Origin: an uncultured Gammaproteobacteria bacterium
GTDB taxonomy: Bacteria > Patescibacteriota > Patescibacteriia > UBA9934
DNA length: 64,000 nt
Direction of reading: 5' to 3'
Assembly: GCA_964613815.1 (NCBI GenBank)
Contig: CAZTKG010000003.1
Span: 54,903 to 118,902, forward strand
Shown piece by piece: positions 8,798 through 17,927 of this stretch. Below the pieces are notes generated by a model. The model was not told the origin of the DNA, made no database searches, and saw only the letters and a program-made list of their open reading frames with translations. Numbering within the stretch: position 1 is the first letter of the stretch; each line of letters starts with the position of its first letter. The translations under genes were made by a program, and so were the position numbers.

Positions 8798-9655
8798 TTA
8801 TGGCATTGAAATGTGATAAACCTCTTCGCTCTCCTCCATTAACTCATTAAGCGCGGATGAAAGCCCCTGTTTGTCTACGGTGATTATTTTGATCCCAATT
8901 TGCGGCTCATCTGCCTCTACGTAATCATATACGTATGCGATGAAGAAATATGTCTCTGTTTGCAGAATTTCTGAAACTTGATCTACCTCCAGTTCTACCA
9001 GCGATTCGTACCCCTCCGGGAGATCACCGAGCTCGAAATATCCAATGTCACCTCCGTTTTGTGCGGAAAGATGCGCAGATCTCTGCGTCGCAACTCCGGA
9101 GAACTCAAACCCAACATCTAAATCAGACTGAATAGCTACCACTCTTCCGATAGCCTCTGCCTGGTACTCTTCACTCTGCATCACCTCTTCCTCTAAGGCT
9201 ATTTGCAGCCCATGTGGGTATTCGATGTATTTTTCATGGTCTTTTTTTGACCACCCAAGCTCTCCAAGATACGCGAGCGACTCAAACTCCTGTGCTGCCG
9301 ATGTCTCTATTTGCAGTTCGGTCGCTAGCTGCTCCATGTATGCGAGGCGCTTTAGGTACTCTAACCCTTGCAGAAAAGACTGGTCCTGATGGACTCCGAT
9401 GACGATCTCGAAGTAATTTGCCATTTCCGCTACATCGCCATACTTAATTGATTCGCCATTAATACTTGCGGCCGGGAATGGGACAGCTCCTGCCACGACC
9501 CTTGCGATTCCGTGATGCCAGTACTGTGACTTGAAGCCGTCCACGATCCACCCCCCTCCGTAGACGATAGCCAATATTCCCATGATGATAAGCGAATGAA
9601 GTAATCTTTTCCCGGGATGCTTTTCTCTTCGCTTTGTTTTATGAACTCTTGCCAT
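8798..9655 (-). CDS. hypothetical membrane-anchored protein (possibly SurA-N/PpiD-like chaperone domain)
   Basis: Basic N-terminus plus one TM, then an acidic soluble domain. The similarity call is weak. Confidence 0.4.
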   Translation of the reverse strand: MARVHKTKRREKHPGKRLLHSLIIMGILAIVYGGGWIVDGFKSQYWHHGIARVVAGAVPFPAASINGESIKYGDVAEMANYFEIVIGVHQDQSFLQGLEYLKRLAYMEQLATELQIETSAAQEFESLAYLGELGWSKKDHEKYIEYPHGLQIALEEEVMQSEEYQAEAIGRVVAIQSDLDVGFEFSGVATQRSAHLSAQNGGDIGYFELGDLPEGYESLVELEVDQVSEILQTETYFFIAYVYDYVEADEPQIGIKIITVDKQGLSSALNELMEESEEVYHISMP

Positions 9656-9657
9656 AG

Positions 9658-10083
9658 CTAGTCCTGTCCTCCAAGTTCGCTAAAAACATCTGGACGGAAA
9701 AAGTAGTAAAACCATCTCATTGGATTTGAAATCCCCCCCTCTGTGTATGCTTCGAAAAACCCCGCGCTCTCTTCTGAGACCTCCTCCTCTACTCCTGTAA
9801 TAATGACGAGCTGCTCACCTTCTTTACCAAGACCTTGCTTGGTCCGGCCCTCCGTTTCTAGAAAATACTCACTTGATAGCTGCTGTATGAGCGAAAGCGT
9901 TGCAAGTTCCTCTTGTTTCAGATCTTCCCGCTCAGCTTCTTGCATCGCGATCTCCTGTTCAATTTGCAAGTTCCCGACATACTCACGTCCAAACGCAAAA
10001 ATAAGCAGTATAAGCACCGCTACATTTATCACAAAAAATAGGCTCCATTTCTTGGCACGAGATTTACGTCCCTTTGTGGACAT
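9658..10083 (-). CDS. FtsB/DivIC-like septum-formation initiator (putative)
   Basis: 141 aa with N-terminal TM and coiled-coil (QIEQEIAMQEAEREDLKQEEL), architecture of FtsB/FtsL family. Confidence 0.4.
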   Translation of the reverse strand: MSTKGRKSRAKKWSLFFVINVAVLILLIFAFGREYVGNLQIEQEIAMQEAEREDLKQEELATLSLIQQLSSEYFLETEGRTKQGLGKEGEQLVIITGVEEEVSEESAGFFEAYTEGGISNPMRWFYYFFRPDVFSELGGQD

Positions 10084-10615
10084 GTTTGCTTGCGATTAAC
10101 GCGTTATGATGTGATTTTACCTCATTTAGAAGGTTCTTGATATGCCCGATGTTTTCAATTCCCTTAAATTCTATGTCGTGCTTCTTGAGCTTTTTCCCTC
10201 TAATTCTTAGCGTTCCTATTTTGAGGATCTTCCTTACCTTTCCACGCTTTACAATGCGGATGTCGCGAATATCTTCCCATGTCAGTGCGTATGCCTTTCG
10301 ACTGACAAGACCATCTTGTTCGATGTCGATCATGCGCTTGTTCGTGATGATCATCATGGTCATGTGCCACATTACCCATTCTCGAAAACTATACCATGCA
10401 CCCGTTGTAATAAGGCCCAAAAAAATCATGTACCCAGCATGTCCCATTGTCAACAACGGGAACATGAAAAAAAATGGGGAGCATATCCATATGCCTGCGA
10501 GCATAAATCTTGGCATGTGATGCCATGCGCTTGCCCTTACAATACTGATGATCTCCTCACCCTCCTTGAGGTGGATGATGCTATTTTCGCCCATACCCCC
10601 GTTTTGCGAGCCCAT
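10064..10615 (-). CDS. membrane protein with bacterial PH (bPH_2/YdbT-like) domain
   Basis: 183 aa with two TMs followed by a PH-like domain (ITNKRMIDIEQDGLVSRKAYALTWEDI). Confidence 0.5.
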   Translation of the reverse strand: MGSQNGGMGENSIIHLKEGEEIISIVRASAWHHMPRFMLAGIWICSPFFFMFPLLTMGHAGYMIFLGLITTGAWYSFREWVMWHMTMMIITNKRMIDIEQDGLVSRKAYALTWEDIRDIRIVKRGKVRKILKIGTLRIRGKKLKKHDIEFKGIENIGHIKNLLNEVKSHHNALIASKHVHKGT

Positions 10616-11888
10616 CTAGCGCCGCCTGCTTGTCGCTCCACGGCACCTTCTTTCCCTTTGCGAGCGCCATCACGGGCTCATTCCCCTTTGCGGTAAGAAG
10701 CACAGCGGCACCCTTCTTTGCTTTTGTGATCGCGAATGCGATTGCCTCCGCCCTGTCTTCTATGATGAACAGGTCCTTTTCTAATGTCTTCCCTCCCTTC
10801 TTTGCTCCCTTTGCTACATCTTCCATGATCGCGAGCGGGTCCTCGTCGTAAGGGTCTTCGTTTGTGATAATGACGATGTCCTCTTGCTTTGCTGCAAGTT
10901 CGCCAACAGTAAATCTGCGAGAGATGTCCCTTCCGCCTCCTGTTGAACTATGAATTCCGATGATTTGTTTTGCTCCGCGTTCTTTTACTGTGTCTAGCAA
11001 TGCCTGTATCCCCACTGGCTCGTAGCTGTAGTCTATAATGACGTCAAATGGCTGGCCAGCATCGACTAGCTCGAAGCGACCCGGGATTGGCCGAAGCGCC
11101 TTTGTTGCGGTCGCGATGCGTTTTAGCGAATAGCCGAGTGCATGCACGGTAGCGATTGCTGCGAGTGCGTTCTTTCTTTGGAATCCTGCTGCGAGGGGAA
11201 TGCTCATTGACACTGTTCCGATGGTGAATATTGTCTTGCCCGCCTTTGTGGATTCTACGGCTTTTATCACGTTTTTCCCTTTGGTATTCTTGCATCCAAA
11301 TTGTACCTTTGTGTCCGCAGGAAAACTTAAGAAAAACTTTGCGTGCTCGTCGTCTGCATTTATGATGCTGATCTTTTCTTGATCCCCCTTTCTATATGTC
11401 TTCGTAAGCCCTGCGAATAACTTTCCCTTCGCCCGCCTGTATGCCTCAAAGCCTCCATGTGACTCGATATGTTCTGGAGTGAGATTTGTCAGAACCGCTA
11501 GGTCGTAATCGATCCCTCTGTGTCTGTGTTGTGCGATGCCCTGCGATGTTGTTTCAACGATTGCGTATTCACACTTTGCGTTTACCATTTTTTGGATCAT
11601 GTCTTGCAGGAAAAACCTCCCTGGCATGGTCATCTTTAGGTCGTTTTTTATGCTCTCCCCAGCAATGCAAAATCCAGCGGTTGTCGTGTATCCGACGCGT
11701 GCATCTAACCTTTCGAGGAGTTGCGCGATGAACTGGACCGTTGATGACTTTCCGTTTGTGCCCGTGACGCCGATGACGGTCAGCTTTCTTGACGGATGCC
11801 CATACCAAAATGCCGCCGCGATGGCGAGCGCGAGATGATACCAGCCGATGATGAATCTTGGAGTGATTTTTCTTAGGATGCTGAGCAT
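10581..11888 (-). CDS. Mur ligase family protein (MurE/MurF-like UDP-MurNAc-peptide ligase)
   Basis: GVTGTNGKSST P-loop, the Mur ligase middle domain and a C-terminal domain. Confidence 0.75.
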   Translation of the reverse strand: MLSILRKITPRFIIGWYHLALAIAAAFWYGHPSRKLTVIGVTGTNGKSSTVQFIAQLLERLDARVGYTTTAGFCIAGESIKNDLKMTMPGRFFLQDMIQKMVNAKCEYAIVETTSQGIAQHRHRGIDYDLAVLTNLTPEHIESHGGFEAYRRAKGKLFAGLTKTYRKGDQEKISIINADDEHAKFFLSFPADTKVQFGCKNTKGKNVIKAVESTKAGKTIFTIGTVSMSIPLAAGFQRKNALAAIATVHALGYSLKRIATATKALRPIPGRFELVDAGQPFDVIIDYSYEPVGIQALLDTVKERGAKQIIGIHSSTGGGRDISRRFTVGELAAKQEDIVIITNEDPYDEDPLAIMEDVAKGAKKGGKTLEKDLFIIEDRAEAIAFAITKAKKGAAVLLTAKGNEPVMALAKGKKVPWSDKQAALDGLAKRGYGRK

Positions 11889-11891
11889 AGG

Positions 11892-14513
11892 CTACGCAGA
11901 AGCAGAAATAGCGTTCGCTCGGCGTGATTTTGCCCGAAATGCGAACTTGATACACTCAACCAATAATACATGAACAACGGCAAATCCTGCTAATACGGCC
12001 CATAACTCAACACTTAGCAGCTCGAGATGCATCGCAGAGCGGATTTGCGGGATCAACATCGGGACCGCGAGCAAAAGCGCTCCAACCCCAACGCCGCCAA
12101 GGAGCATCTTGTTTTCGAAGATATTTTCTTTGAACATGGTTGTTCGGAGCTTTCTGATAGAAAAGATGTGGACGAGAGAGCTGATGCCAATTGCGAGGAA
12201 GATGAACGTCTGCGCAGTCGTAAGCTGCATGCCGGCATTGATGAAGCCTGTGTAGATCGCGAATAGAGCGATATCTGTAATAAGTGCGACGCCGATGATG
12301 ATCCAGCGAAGTTCGCCGTTAATGATTGGCTCTGAGCGTTTGCGCGGCGCCCGTGTCATGACGTCACTTTCTGCTGGCTCGAAGGCGAGCACAGCGCCTG
12401 GAAATCCGTCGGTGACGATGTTGATCCAGAGGATTTGAGCGGCGAGGATGGGAGTTGGGAGACCGAAGAGGAGCGCTCCGGCGATGAGGATCATTTCTCG
12501 GAAGCTATCTGTGAGAAGGAAGGTGGTGACTTTTCTGATGTTGTCGAAGATGACGCGCCCCTCTTTGATCGCGTTTACGATGGTGCCGAGTCTGCTGTCG
12601 AGGATGACCATGTCGGACGCCTGTTTGGCGACCTCGGTTCCTGATCCGACGGCGATGCCGATGTCTGCTGATTTGAGTGCTGGAGAGTCGTTTACGCCGT
12701 CCCCCATCATGGCGACGGAATGTCCCTTGGTCTGGAGCGCGTCGACGATTCTTGACTTGTGCGCAGGCATGACGCGAGCGAAGATGCTGATGCTGTCGAT
12801 CTTTGCGAAAAGTTCTTTGTCATCCATTTCGTCGAGATCTTTTCCGGTGATGCAAAGATCTTCTGCCGTTGTGATGCCGGCCTGGGTGGCGATACTGATT
12901 GCTGTTTTGGGGTGGTCGCCGGTGATCATAATTGGGCGGATTCCTGCCGTGCGTGCTGTTTGGATGACTTCTGCGGTCTCTTCTCGGATTGGGTCTGTGA
13001 GGCCGATGAAACCGATGATGGAAAGGTCTTTTATGCTGGATTGTGATAACTGACCTGCGCGTGATGATGTTGATGCAGCGCCGATGATTCTGAGGCCTTT
13101 TTCTGCCATTTCTTCTAGCTCTTTGCGGAAAAAGCGCATTGCTTCGTCTGAAATGTCGGCACGATCTAATAGGATGTCTGGAGCGCCGACAACGAATAAC
13201 TGATCATCTACCGTTGCTGCGGCGAATTTGTATTTTGAGTCAAATGGAAGGAAGCCGTCTCTTTTGATTGTGTCATCGTCCGTGAGATGTGCTGCACTGA
13301 GGAATTCCATAATAGCGACTTCCGTGTAGGTTCCGGTGAATACCATCTCTCCGGTTTCTTGATCTTTTTCTTTTGTTGCTGAGCTTGTAGAGACGAGTGC
13401 TCGGACAAGATCGCCTCCTGAGCCGAGGTTTTTGAATTCGTCTGCATTGAAAGTTCTTTTGCCGACTCTTACTTCGCTTACTTTCATTTTGCCCTCTGTG
13501 AGCGTACCGGTTTTGTCCATGCAGATAACGGAGACGCTCCCCAAGGTTTCTGCGGCGACGAGTTTTCTGACGAGCGCTTTTTGCTTTAGGATGCGCTGCA
13601 TGCCGATGGCGAGGATGGCGGTCATGGTGACAACGAGACCTTCTGGAATTGCGGCAACGAGGAGAGCGATGGATGTACGGAACATTTCTGCGACTTCGAC
13701 GCCCTTTATGAGGCCGACGGAGAAGATGATGACCACGATGAAGAGAATGGCGCCGGTGATGACGGCGGCCATTTTGCGCATGGAAGCCTGGAGGGGGGTT
13801 TCTGATTCTTCTGTGCGCGCGACTTGGTCTGCGATTTTGCCGAGCTGTGTGTGCACACCGGTCTCTGTGACGATTGCTTCTGCTGAGCCGGATAGGACGG
13901 TGGTTCCGGCAAAGACGGAGTTTGTGCGTGATGATGGGGCCGTGCCTTTTTTGATGACTTCGAGGGACTTTTTTATTGGAGCGGACTCGCCTGTTAATGC
14001 GGACTCGCCCACCTCTAATGACTCGATTTTGATAAGTCTGGCGTCGGCGGTGACCTTGCTTCCTGCGGAGAGGATCATGATGTCGCCTGGAACGACCTCT
14101 TCTGCGGGGATTGAGACGATCTGTCCTGCCCTTCTGACGCGGACGGAGGCTGGGAGGTAGTTTTTTAGCGCGGATAGTGCCCTATCTGCCTTGAATTCTT
14201 CGATAAAGCCTAGACCGACGTTGATCGCAAGTGCGATGCCGATGACGGCGACATCTACCCATTCTTTGATGATCGTGCTCGCTCCTGCTGCGACGAGTAG
14301 CACGGCTGCCATTGGGCCCTTTAGCTGACTAAGGAAGACGGATAGCGCTGTTTTGGAACGTTGTTTTGGGAGGGCGTTTTTGCCGTGCTCAGCTTTTGAT
14401 GAGGCAATAGCGTCTTTTGATAATCCTTGGGTACCTGAATGAAGTGACTCGAAGACTTCTTCGAGTTGCATGCTGTGCCAAGGGATCATGTCGACGGATT
14501 TTTGCGGCTCCAT
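11892..14513 (-). CDS. P-type cation-transporting ATPase (type IIA, Ca2+/Mg2+-like)
   Basis: 873 aa with ICMDKTGTLT phosphorylation motif, MITGDHPKTA, GDGVNDSPALKSADIGIAVG, ten predicted TMs. Confidence 0.9.
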   Translation of the reverse strand: MEPQKSVDMIPWHSMQLEEVFESLHSGTQGLSKDAIASSKAEHGKNALPKQRSKTALSVFLSQLKGPMAAVLLVAAGASTIIKEWVDVAVIGIALAINVGLGFIEEFKADRALSALKNYLPASVRVRRAGQIVSIPAEEVVPGDIMILSAGSKVTADARLIKIESLEVGESALTGESAPIKKSLEVIKKGTAPSSRTNSVFAGTTVLSGSAEAIVTETGVHTQLGKIADQVARTEESETPLQASMRKMAAVITGAILFIVVIIFSVGLIKGVEVAEMFRTSIALLVAAIPEGLVVTMTAILAIGMQRILKQKALVRKLVAAETLGSVSVICMDKTGTLTEGKMKVSEVRVGKRTFNADEFKNLGSGGDLVRALVSTSSATKEKDQETGEMVFTGTYTEVAIMEFLSAAHLTDDDTIKRDGFLPFDSKYKFAAATVDDQLFVVGAPDILLDRADISDEAMRFFRKELEEMAEKGLRIIGAASTSSRAGQLSQSSIKDLSIIGFIGLTDPIREETAEVIQTARTAGIRPIMITGDHPKTAISIATQAGITTAEDLCITGKDLDEMDDKELFAKIDSISIFARVMPAHKSRIVDALQTKGHSVAMMGDGVNDSPALKSADIGIAVGSGTEVAKQASDMVILDSRLGTIVNAIKEGRVIFDNIRKVTTFLLTDSFREMILIAGALLFGLPTPILAAQILWINIVTDGFPGAVLAFEPAESDVMTRAPRKRSEPIINGELRWIIIGVALITDIALFAIYTGFINAGMQLTTAQTFIFLAIGISSLVHIFSIRKLRTTMFKENIFENKMLLGGVGVGALLLAVPMLIPQIRSAMHLELLSVELWAVLAGFAVVHVLLVECIKFAFRAKSRRANAISASA

Positions 14514-14514
14514 A

Positions 14515-15627
14515 CTAATGACGCGCGGTTATGTAGACGGACTCTACTTTTCTTGCGATGTTGTCCCAATTGAAATGGATATCGATGACTGCCTGTGCCT
14601 CGTGGCCACGCGCCTTGACCATGGTCGGTGACTTGATGAGGCGTCCGATTTGCGAGCGAAGGCCGTGGACATTTCTGTTTGGGAAGGTGAACCCGGCGCC
14701 GTGAGTTGCTTCGATGTTTTCTGGGATATCGGATACAAGCACGGGGACTCCGTAGGCCATGGATTCTAGGACGACGAGTGGGAGGCCTTCTGCTTCTGAG
14801 GGGTGGATGAATGCGTAGGCGTTTGCGAAGAGCTGATCGAGCATGTCGCCGGTTTTGTAGCCGAGGAAGACGACGCGTTGGTCGCCTTTTGTGGCATCTC
14901 GGAGCCGCTGATAGTACTCGGTTGTAAAGCTTGGAGCGCCGACGAAGACGAGTTGGAAGTCGGTGTCTAGTTTGATGAAGGCCTCTATGAGGAAGTGGAG
15001 ACCCTTTTGTGGCACGAGCCTACCGACGTTGACGAAGTACTTCTTTGGGCGGAGACCGATGCGTTCGACGAGGTCGGAGGTTGATATTTCTTTTACGGTT
15101 GCGCCGTTTGGGATGTAGATGGTTTCGGTTTTGAGATCTTTGCGGCAATAGAGTTGGATCGCGTGAGAGACTGCGATCGTGTAGTGACCGAACCAGACCG
15201 CGGCACGTTCGCCGAATTTGAGGTATTGGCGCGCGAACCAGCCCCATTTTTTGTGGAATTGGTCGCGGGAGTGGAAGGTGATGATGATGGATTTTGATCT
15301 TGCGAGAAGGCGGTGGATCCAGGCGAGTGTTGCTGGGCCGACGCCGTGGTAGTGGATGATGTCGTAGGGTTTTTTGATGGAGTGGAGGATGGCTAGCAGT
15401 GTGTGTGACCAAGTTTCGAAATGCTTGAGCGGGAGCGATGGGAGAAAGACAAAATTGAGGCCAGGGAGTTCCTGTGGCCTTGTGTTTGCGTAGCGTTTTT
15501 GGGCGTAGACGGTGACGGTGTGCCCCATGGCGACGAGGCGGGTTGAGATTTCTTCGACGTGCTTTTCTACTCCGCCCATGCGCGCGCCTGAACCGATGCC
15601 TTTTTGGCCGATCATGGCTATGTGCAT
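14515..15627 (-). CDS. GT4 glycosyltransferase (DUF1972-like N-terminus; paralog of 60976..62133)
   Basis: The N-terminus MIGQKGIGSGARMGGVEKHVEEI matches the paralog's MIGQKGVPAKFGGVETHVEEL and is collinear with it. C-terminal EGLPLVVLESMAYGVPV is a GT-B motif. Confidence 0.8.
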   Translation of the reverse strand: MHIAMIGQKGIGSGARMGGVEKHVEEISTRLVAMGHTVTVYAQKRYANTRPQELPGLNFVFLPSLPLKHFETWSHTLLAILHSIKKPYDIIHYHGVGPATLAWIHRLLARSKSIIITFHSRDQFHKKWGWFARQYLKFGERAAVWFGHYTIAVSHAIQLYCRKDLKTETIYIPNGATVKEISTSDLVERIGLRPKKYFVNVGRLVPQKGLHFLIEAFIKLDTDFQLVFVGAPSFTTEYYQRLRDATKGDQRVVFLGYKTGDMLDQLFANAYAFIHPSEAEGLPLVVLESMAYGVPVLVSDIPENIEATHGAGFTFPNRNVHGLRSQIGRLIKSPTMVKARGHEAQAVIDIHFNWDNIARKVESVYITARH

Positions 15628-15687
15628 GGAGGTATTATAGCAGGTTTTTTATGGTTTGATTTTGCTGATAAGCCCCATCTCCCAGGC

Positions 15688-15716
15688 TTGACATCTTGGT
15701 GATTTTCTGCTAGCGT
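15688..15716 (+). promoter_or_regulatory. candidate sigma70-type promoter for 15745..16308
   Basis: TTGACA (15688-15693), a 17-nt spacer, then TAGCGT. The -10 is weak, so this is tentative. Confidence 0.25.
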
Positions 15717-15744
15717 TTGGCTGCACCTTCAAATGGGAGAACCC

Positions 15745-16308
15745 ATGCAGACTCCGTATCAGCATTTCCTTGATAGCCTTTCCATTCTCATGCAGATGCT
15801 GCAGGATGGCAGGCTGGGACTCGACATGCTGGACGCGCTTCTCAACAATCCGCTGCGCGCCTATGGCAGCACCGCCATGTTGAGCCTCGGTGTGATTCCG
15901 ATCGATTTCAGCATCCCGATCACACTCTCTGCAGGCGAGTACACCAACGACCCTGAGCACCCGGTGAACCTGGAGCTGTTTCAGATGGAAGTCGATGCGG
16001 ATACGCCGCGCGGTCTGGAGCATTTCGAGATGCACCTCGTTCGTCTCGATCGCTACGGCGAGCCGACTGTGCAGCTACCTCGGGGCTCGCGTCCGGGATC
16101 GATCTGGCATCTCCTGATGCTGAACTTCACTCGCCCGGAGCTCGTCCGCCACCTCAACATGGTCGCGCTTGCCAAGATGGTCGGGAATGAACTCCCGATG
16201 CTTCACCGGCGAGGTCGCGAGACCTACCTGAGCCACGTCACGATGGCCCGGTTCGACACCAAGACTCTCGTCTACGGTATCTGGGTCGTCCCCGTTTCCG
16301 CTCCCTGA
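15745..16308 (+). CDS. hypothetical protein (higher-GC island)
   Basis: I chose the start at MQTPYQ (GGGAGAA upstream). No recognised motif. Sustained ORF with higher GC. Confidence 0.45.
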   Translation: MQTPYQHFLDSLSILMQMLQDGRLGLDMLDALLNNPLRAYGSTAMLSLGVIPIDFSIPITLSAGEYTNDPEHPVNLELFQMEVDADTPRGLEHFEMHLVRLDRYGEPTVQLPRGSRPGSIWHLLMLNFTRPELVRHLNMVALAKMVGNELPMLHRRGRETYLSHVTMARFDTKTLVYGIWVVPVSAP

Positions 16309-16355
16309 TTTTGAAGGGGCGGTTTTTTTGATCGCAAAAAAAGAGCCGTTATGGC

Positions 16356-17216
16356 TCAGATGACTGCTGACACCTCTTCCTCACCCACGTAGCGATTCAC
16401 GAGGTCGCGTACTGCGAGGAAAACCTCTGAGTTACTTAACCCAGCGCCGTTTTGGAGATCGGTAGAGATCCTAGCGATCACAGGGAGGACGTCCATATCT
16501 GATCGCCCTGTCTCAGCCCTCCTCATCTGCCTGTATCGATGAACCCCCCTGCAAAACGCCCCTTCGTCGTTACTTTTTCTACTGGTCCTTTCTGGCACTA
16601 CGAACAGCCTGGTTCTTCCAGCGGACTTGATCTGCAGAGCGATCTCGTCGTCTCCGTCCCCCCCTAGCATCACTACGTAATCCACCTTGAGATCGCCGTC
16701 GGACTCAGGTAATGGCTCTACCACTCGTAGGCCGTAGCAGTCGAGTGCGAAGATGAGGTGTGCAGAAACGAGCGCGCCACGCATAGAGCGGTGCCAGATC
16801 TTCCGACCTACCCCCTCGCCCCACCTTGACCTCATGAACTCCCCCCTGTCCTCGTCAGAGAGATAGAGCATCGCACGAACGAGTTCTTGCATGCCAAAGA
16901 TCGCGATTCTGAATGATGACCATGGGAATCGCCCCCTCCCCCTCTCTTGAGCGGTCGTCACCAGTATTGTCATGATGCTTCCGCGCAATGCGAATAGCAG
17001 ACCCCCGTGCCCCCTTGAATGATCGTCGGCTGCTGCTACGATGTCTCGCATAGCAGCACTTATCCGATCCCTCCTTCCTGAGACGAACGCTGCCACAACG
17101 TGCTCTTCATCGATTGAATCAAAACACGTCTTCAGGGCGTTCCACAGCACATCACCTCCAATGGTCTGGAATCTCTCCACGACCACTGCATGCCTCTCCT
17201 CTTCCTGTCCCCACAT
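16356..17216 (-). CDS. hypothetical protein (higher-GC island)
   Basis: 286-aa Arg/Asp-rich ORF with no recognised motif. It is convergent with 15745..16308 across an A/T palindrome. Confidence 0.45.
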   Translation of the reverse strand: MWGQEEERHAVVVERFQTIGGDVLWNALKTCFDSIDEEHVVAAFVSGRRDRISAAMRDIVAAADDHSRGHGGLLFALRGSIMTILVTTAQERGRGRFPWSSFRIAIFGMQELVRAMLYLSDEDRGEFMRSRWGEGVGRKIWHRSMRGALVSAHLIFALDCYGLRVVEPLPESDGDLKVDYVVMLGGDGDDEIALQIKSAGRTRLFVVPERTSRKSNDEGAFCRGVHRYRQMRRAETGRSDMDVLPVIARISTDLQNGAGLSNSEVFLAVRDLVNRYVGEEEVSAVI

Positions 17217-17288
17217 ATTCCCTCCATATTGGCTTTCTTGGGGTCGTGAGTTATACCTTAAATGCAGGCACCGGTCAATCCTCCATAC

Positions 17289-17317
17289 AAAAAACAGCGC
17301 CGGAGCGCTGGTTTTTT
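17289..17317 (-). terminator. rho-independent terminator (bidirectional geometry) after the zinc-ribbon mini-gene
   Basis: aaaaaa-CAGCGC-cgga-GCGCTG-gtttttt, a 6-bp GC stem flanked by A and T runs. It starts 5 nt beyond the stop of 17322..17576 (stop codon 17322-17324, flanking A-run ends 17317). Confidence 0.6.
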
Positions 17318-17321
17318 GATC

Positions 17322-17576
17322 TTACATCGCTGGAGCAGCTGTGTCGTCTCCTCCTTCGGCTGGTGCCTCTGGAGCAGCTTCTGCTGGTGCTTCAGCTGGA
17401 GCCTCTTCTGCTGGTGCTTCTGGTGCAGCAGCTTCTTCCGCCGGTGCTTCTGCTGGAGCCTCTGGAGCTGCTTCAGCTGGTGCTTCTGATGATGATCCAC
17501 CAGAACAGTTTGGACACATTCCGTCCGTTAGTTGCTCGTCAGCCAATTCGGCTGAACATCCTGTGCAAACGCCCAT
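17322..17576 (-). CDS. small zinc-ribbon protein with acidic PEAPAEA repeats
   Basis: 84 aa with CTGC...CPNC (two CxxC pairs), then (P/A)EAPAEA repeats encoded by tandem DNA repeats. Confidence 0.5.
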   Translation of the reverse strand: MGVCTGCSAELADEQLTDGMCPNCSGGSSSEAPAEAAPEAPAEAPAEEAAAPEAPAEEAPAEAPAEAAPEAPAEGGDDTAAPAM

Positions 17577-17607
17577 AAAGATGTAAAGTTAATGTAATTA
17601 CAGGGGG

Positions 17608-17636
17608 ATTATAGCTGAATATGTCGATATTTGCAA
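17608..17636 (-). promoter_or_regulatory. near-consensus sigma70-type promoter for the zinc-ribbon mini-gene
   Basis: On the minus strand: TTGCAA (17631-17636), a 17-nt spacer, then TATAAT (17608-17613). The ATG follows 31 nt downstream with no obvious SD. Confidence 0.45.
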
Positions 17637-17743
17637 ACCTCGATGGGAATTTCGCTAAGGTTATTTATTCGCGCGTTAAGATCGCTATTTCACGCCTTGA
17701 TTTTCTCCGCAGTTTGTGATATAAATTTCGCACCTCACATTGA

Positions 17744-17819
17744 GCGCCGGTAGCTCAGTTGGTAGAGCAAGGGCCTTTTAAGCCCGTGGTCGTGGGTTCG
17801 AGTCCCACCCGGCGTACCA
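17744..17819 (+). tRNA. tRNA-Lys (anticodon UUU)
   Basis: GCGCCGGTAGCTCAGTTGGTAGAGCAAGGGCCTTTTAAGCCCGTGGTCGTGGGTTCGAGTCCCACCCGGCGTACCA. Anticodon loop CTTTTAA, T-loop GGTTCGAGTCC, encoded CCA. Confidence 0.85.
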
Positions 17820-17825
17820 AGAAGT

Positions 17826-17851
17826 CATCGCGAAAGCGGTGGTTTTTTTTT
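17826..17851 (+). terminator. rho-independent terminator after tRNA-Lys
   Basis: CATCGCG-aaa-GCGGTGG stem-loop followed by T9. Confidence 0.6.
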
Positions 17852-17927
17852 GATGCGCAGCTTTAGGCACATTGACACGCCCCTTTCTTTATGACACTCT
17901 ACGCCTCCACCTTCACAAGGACTCGAC

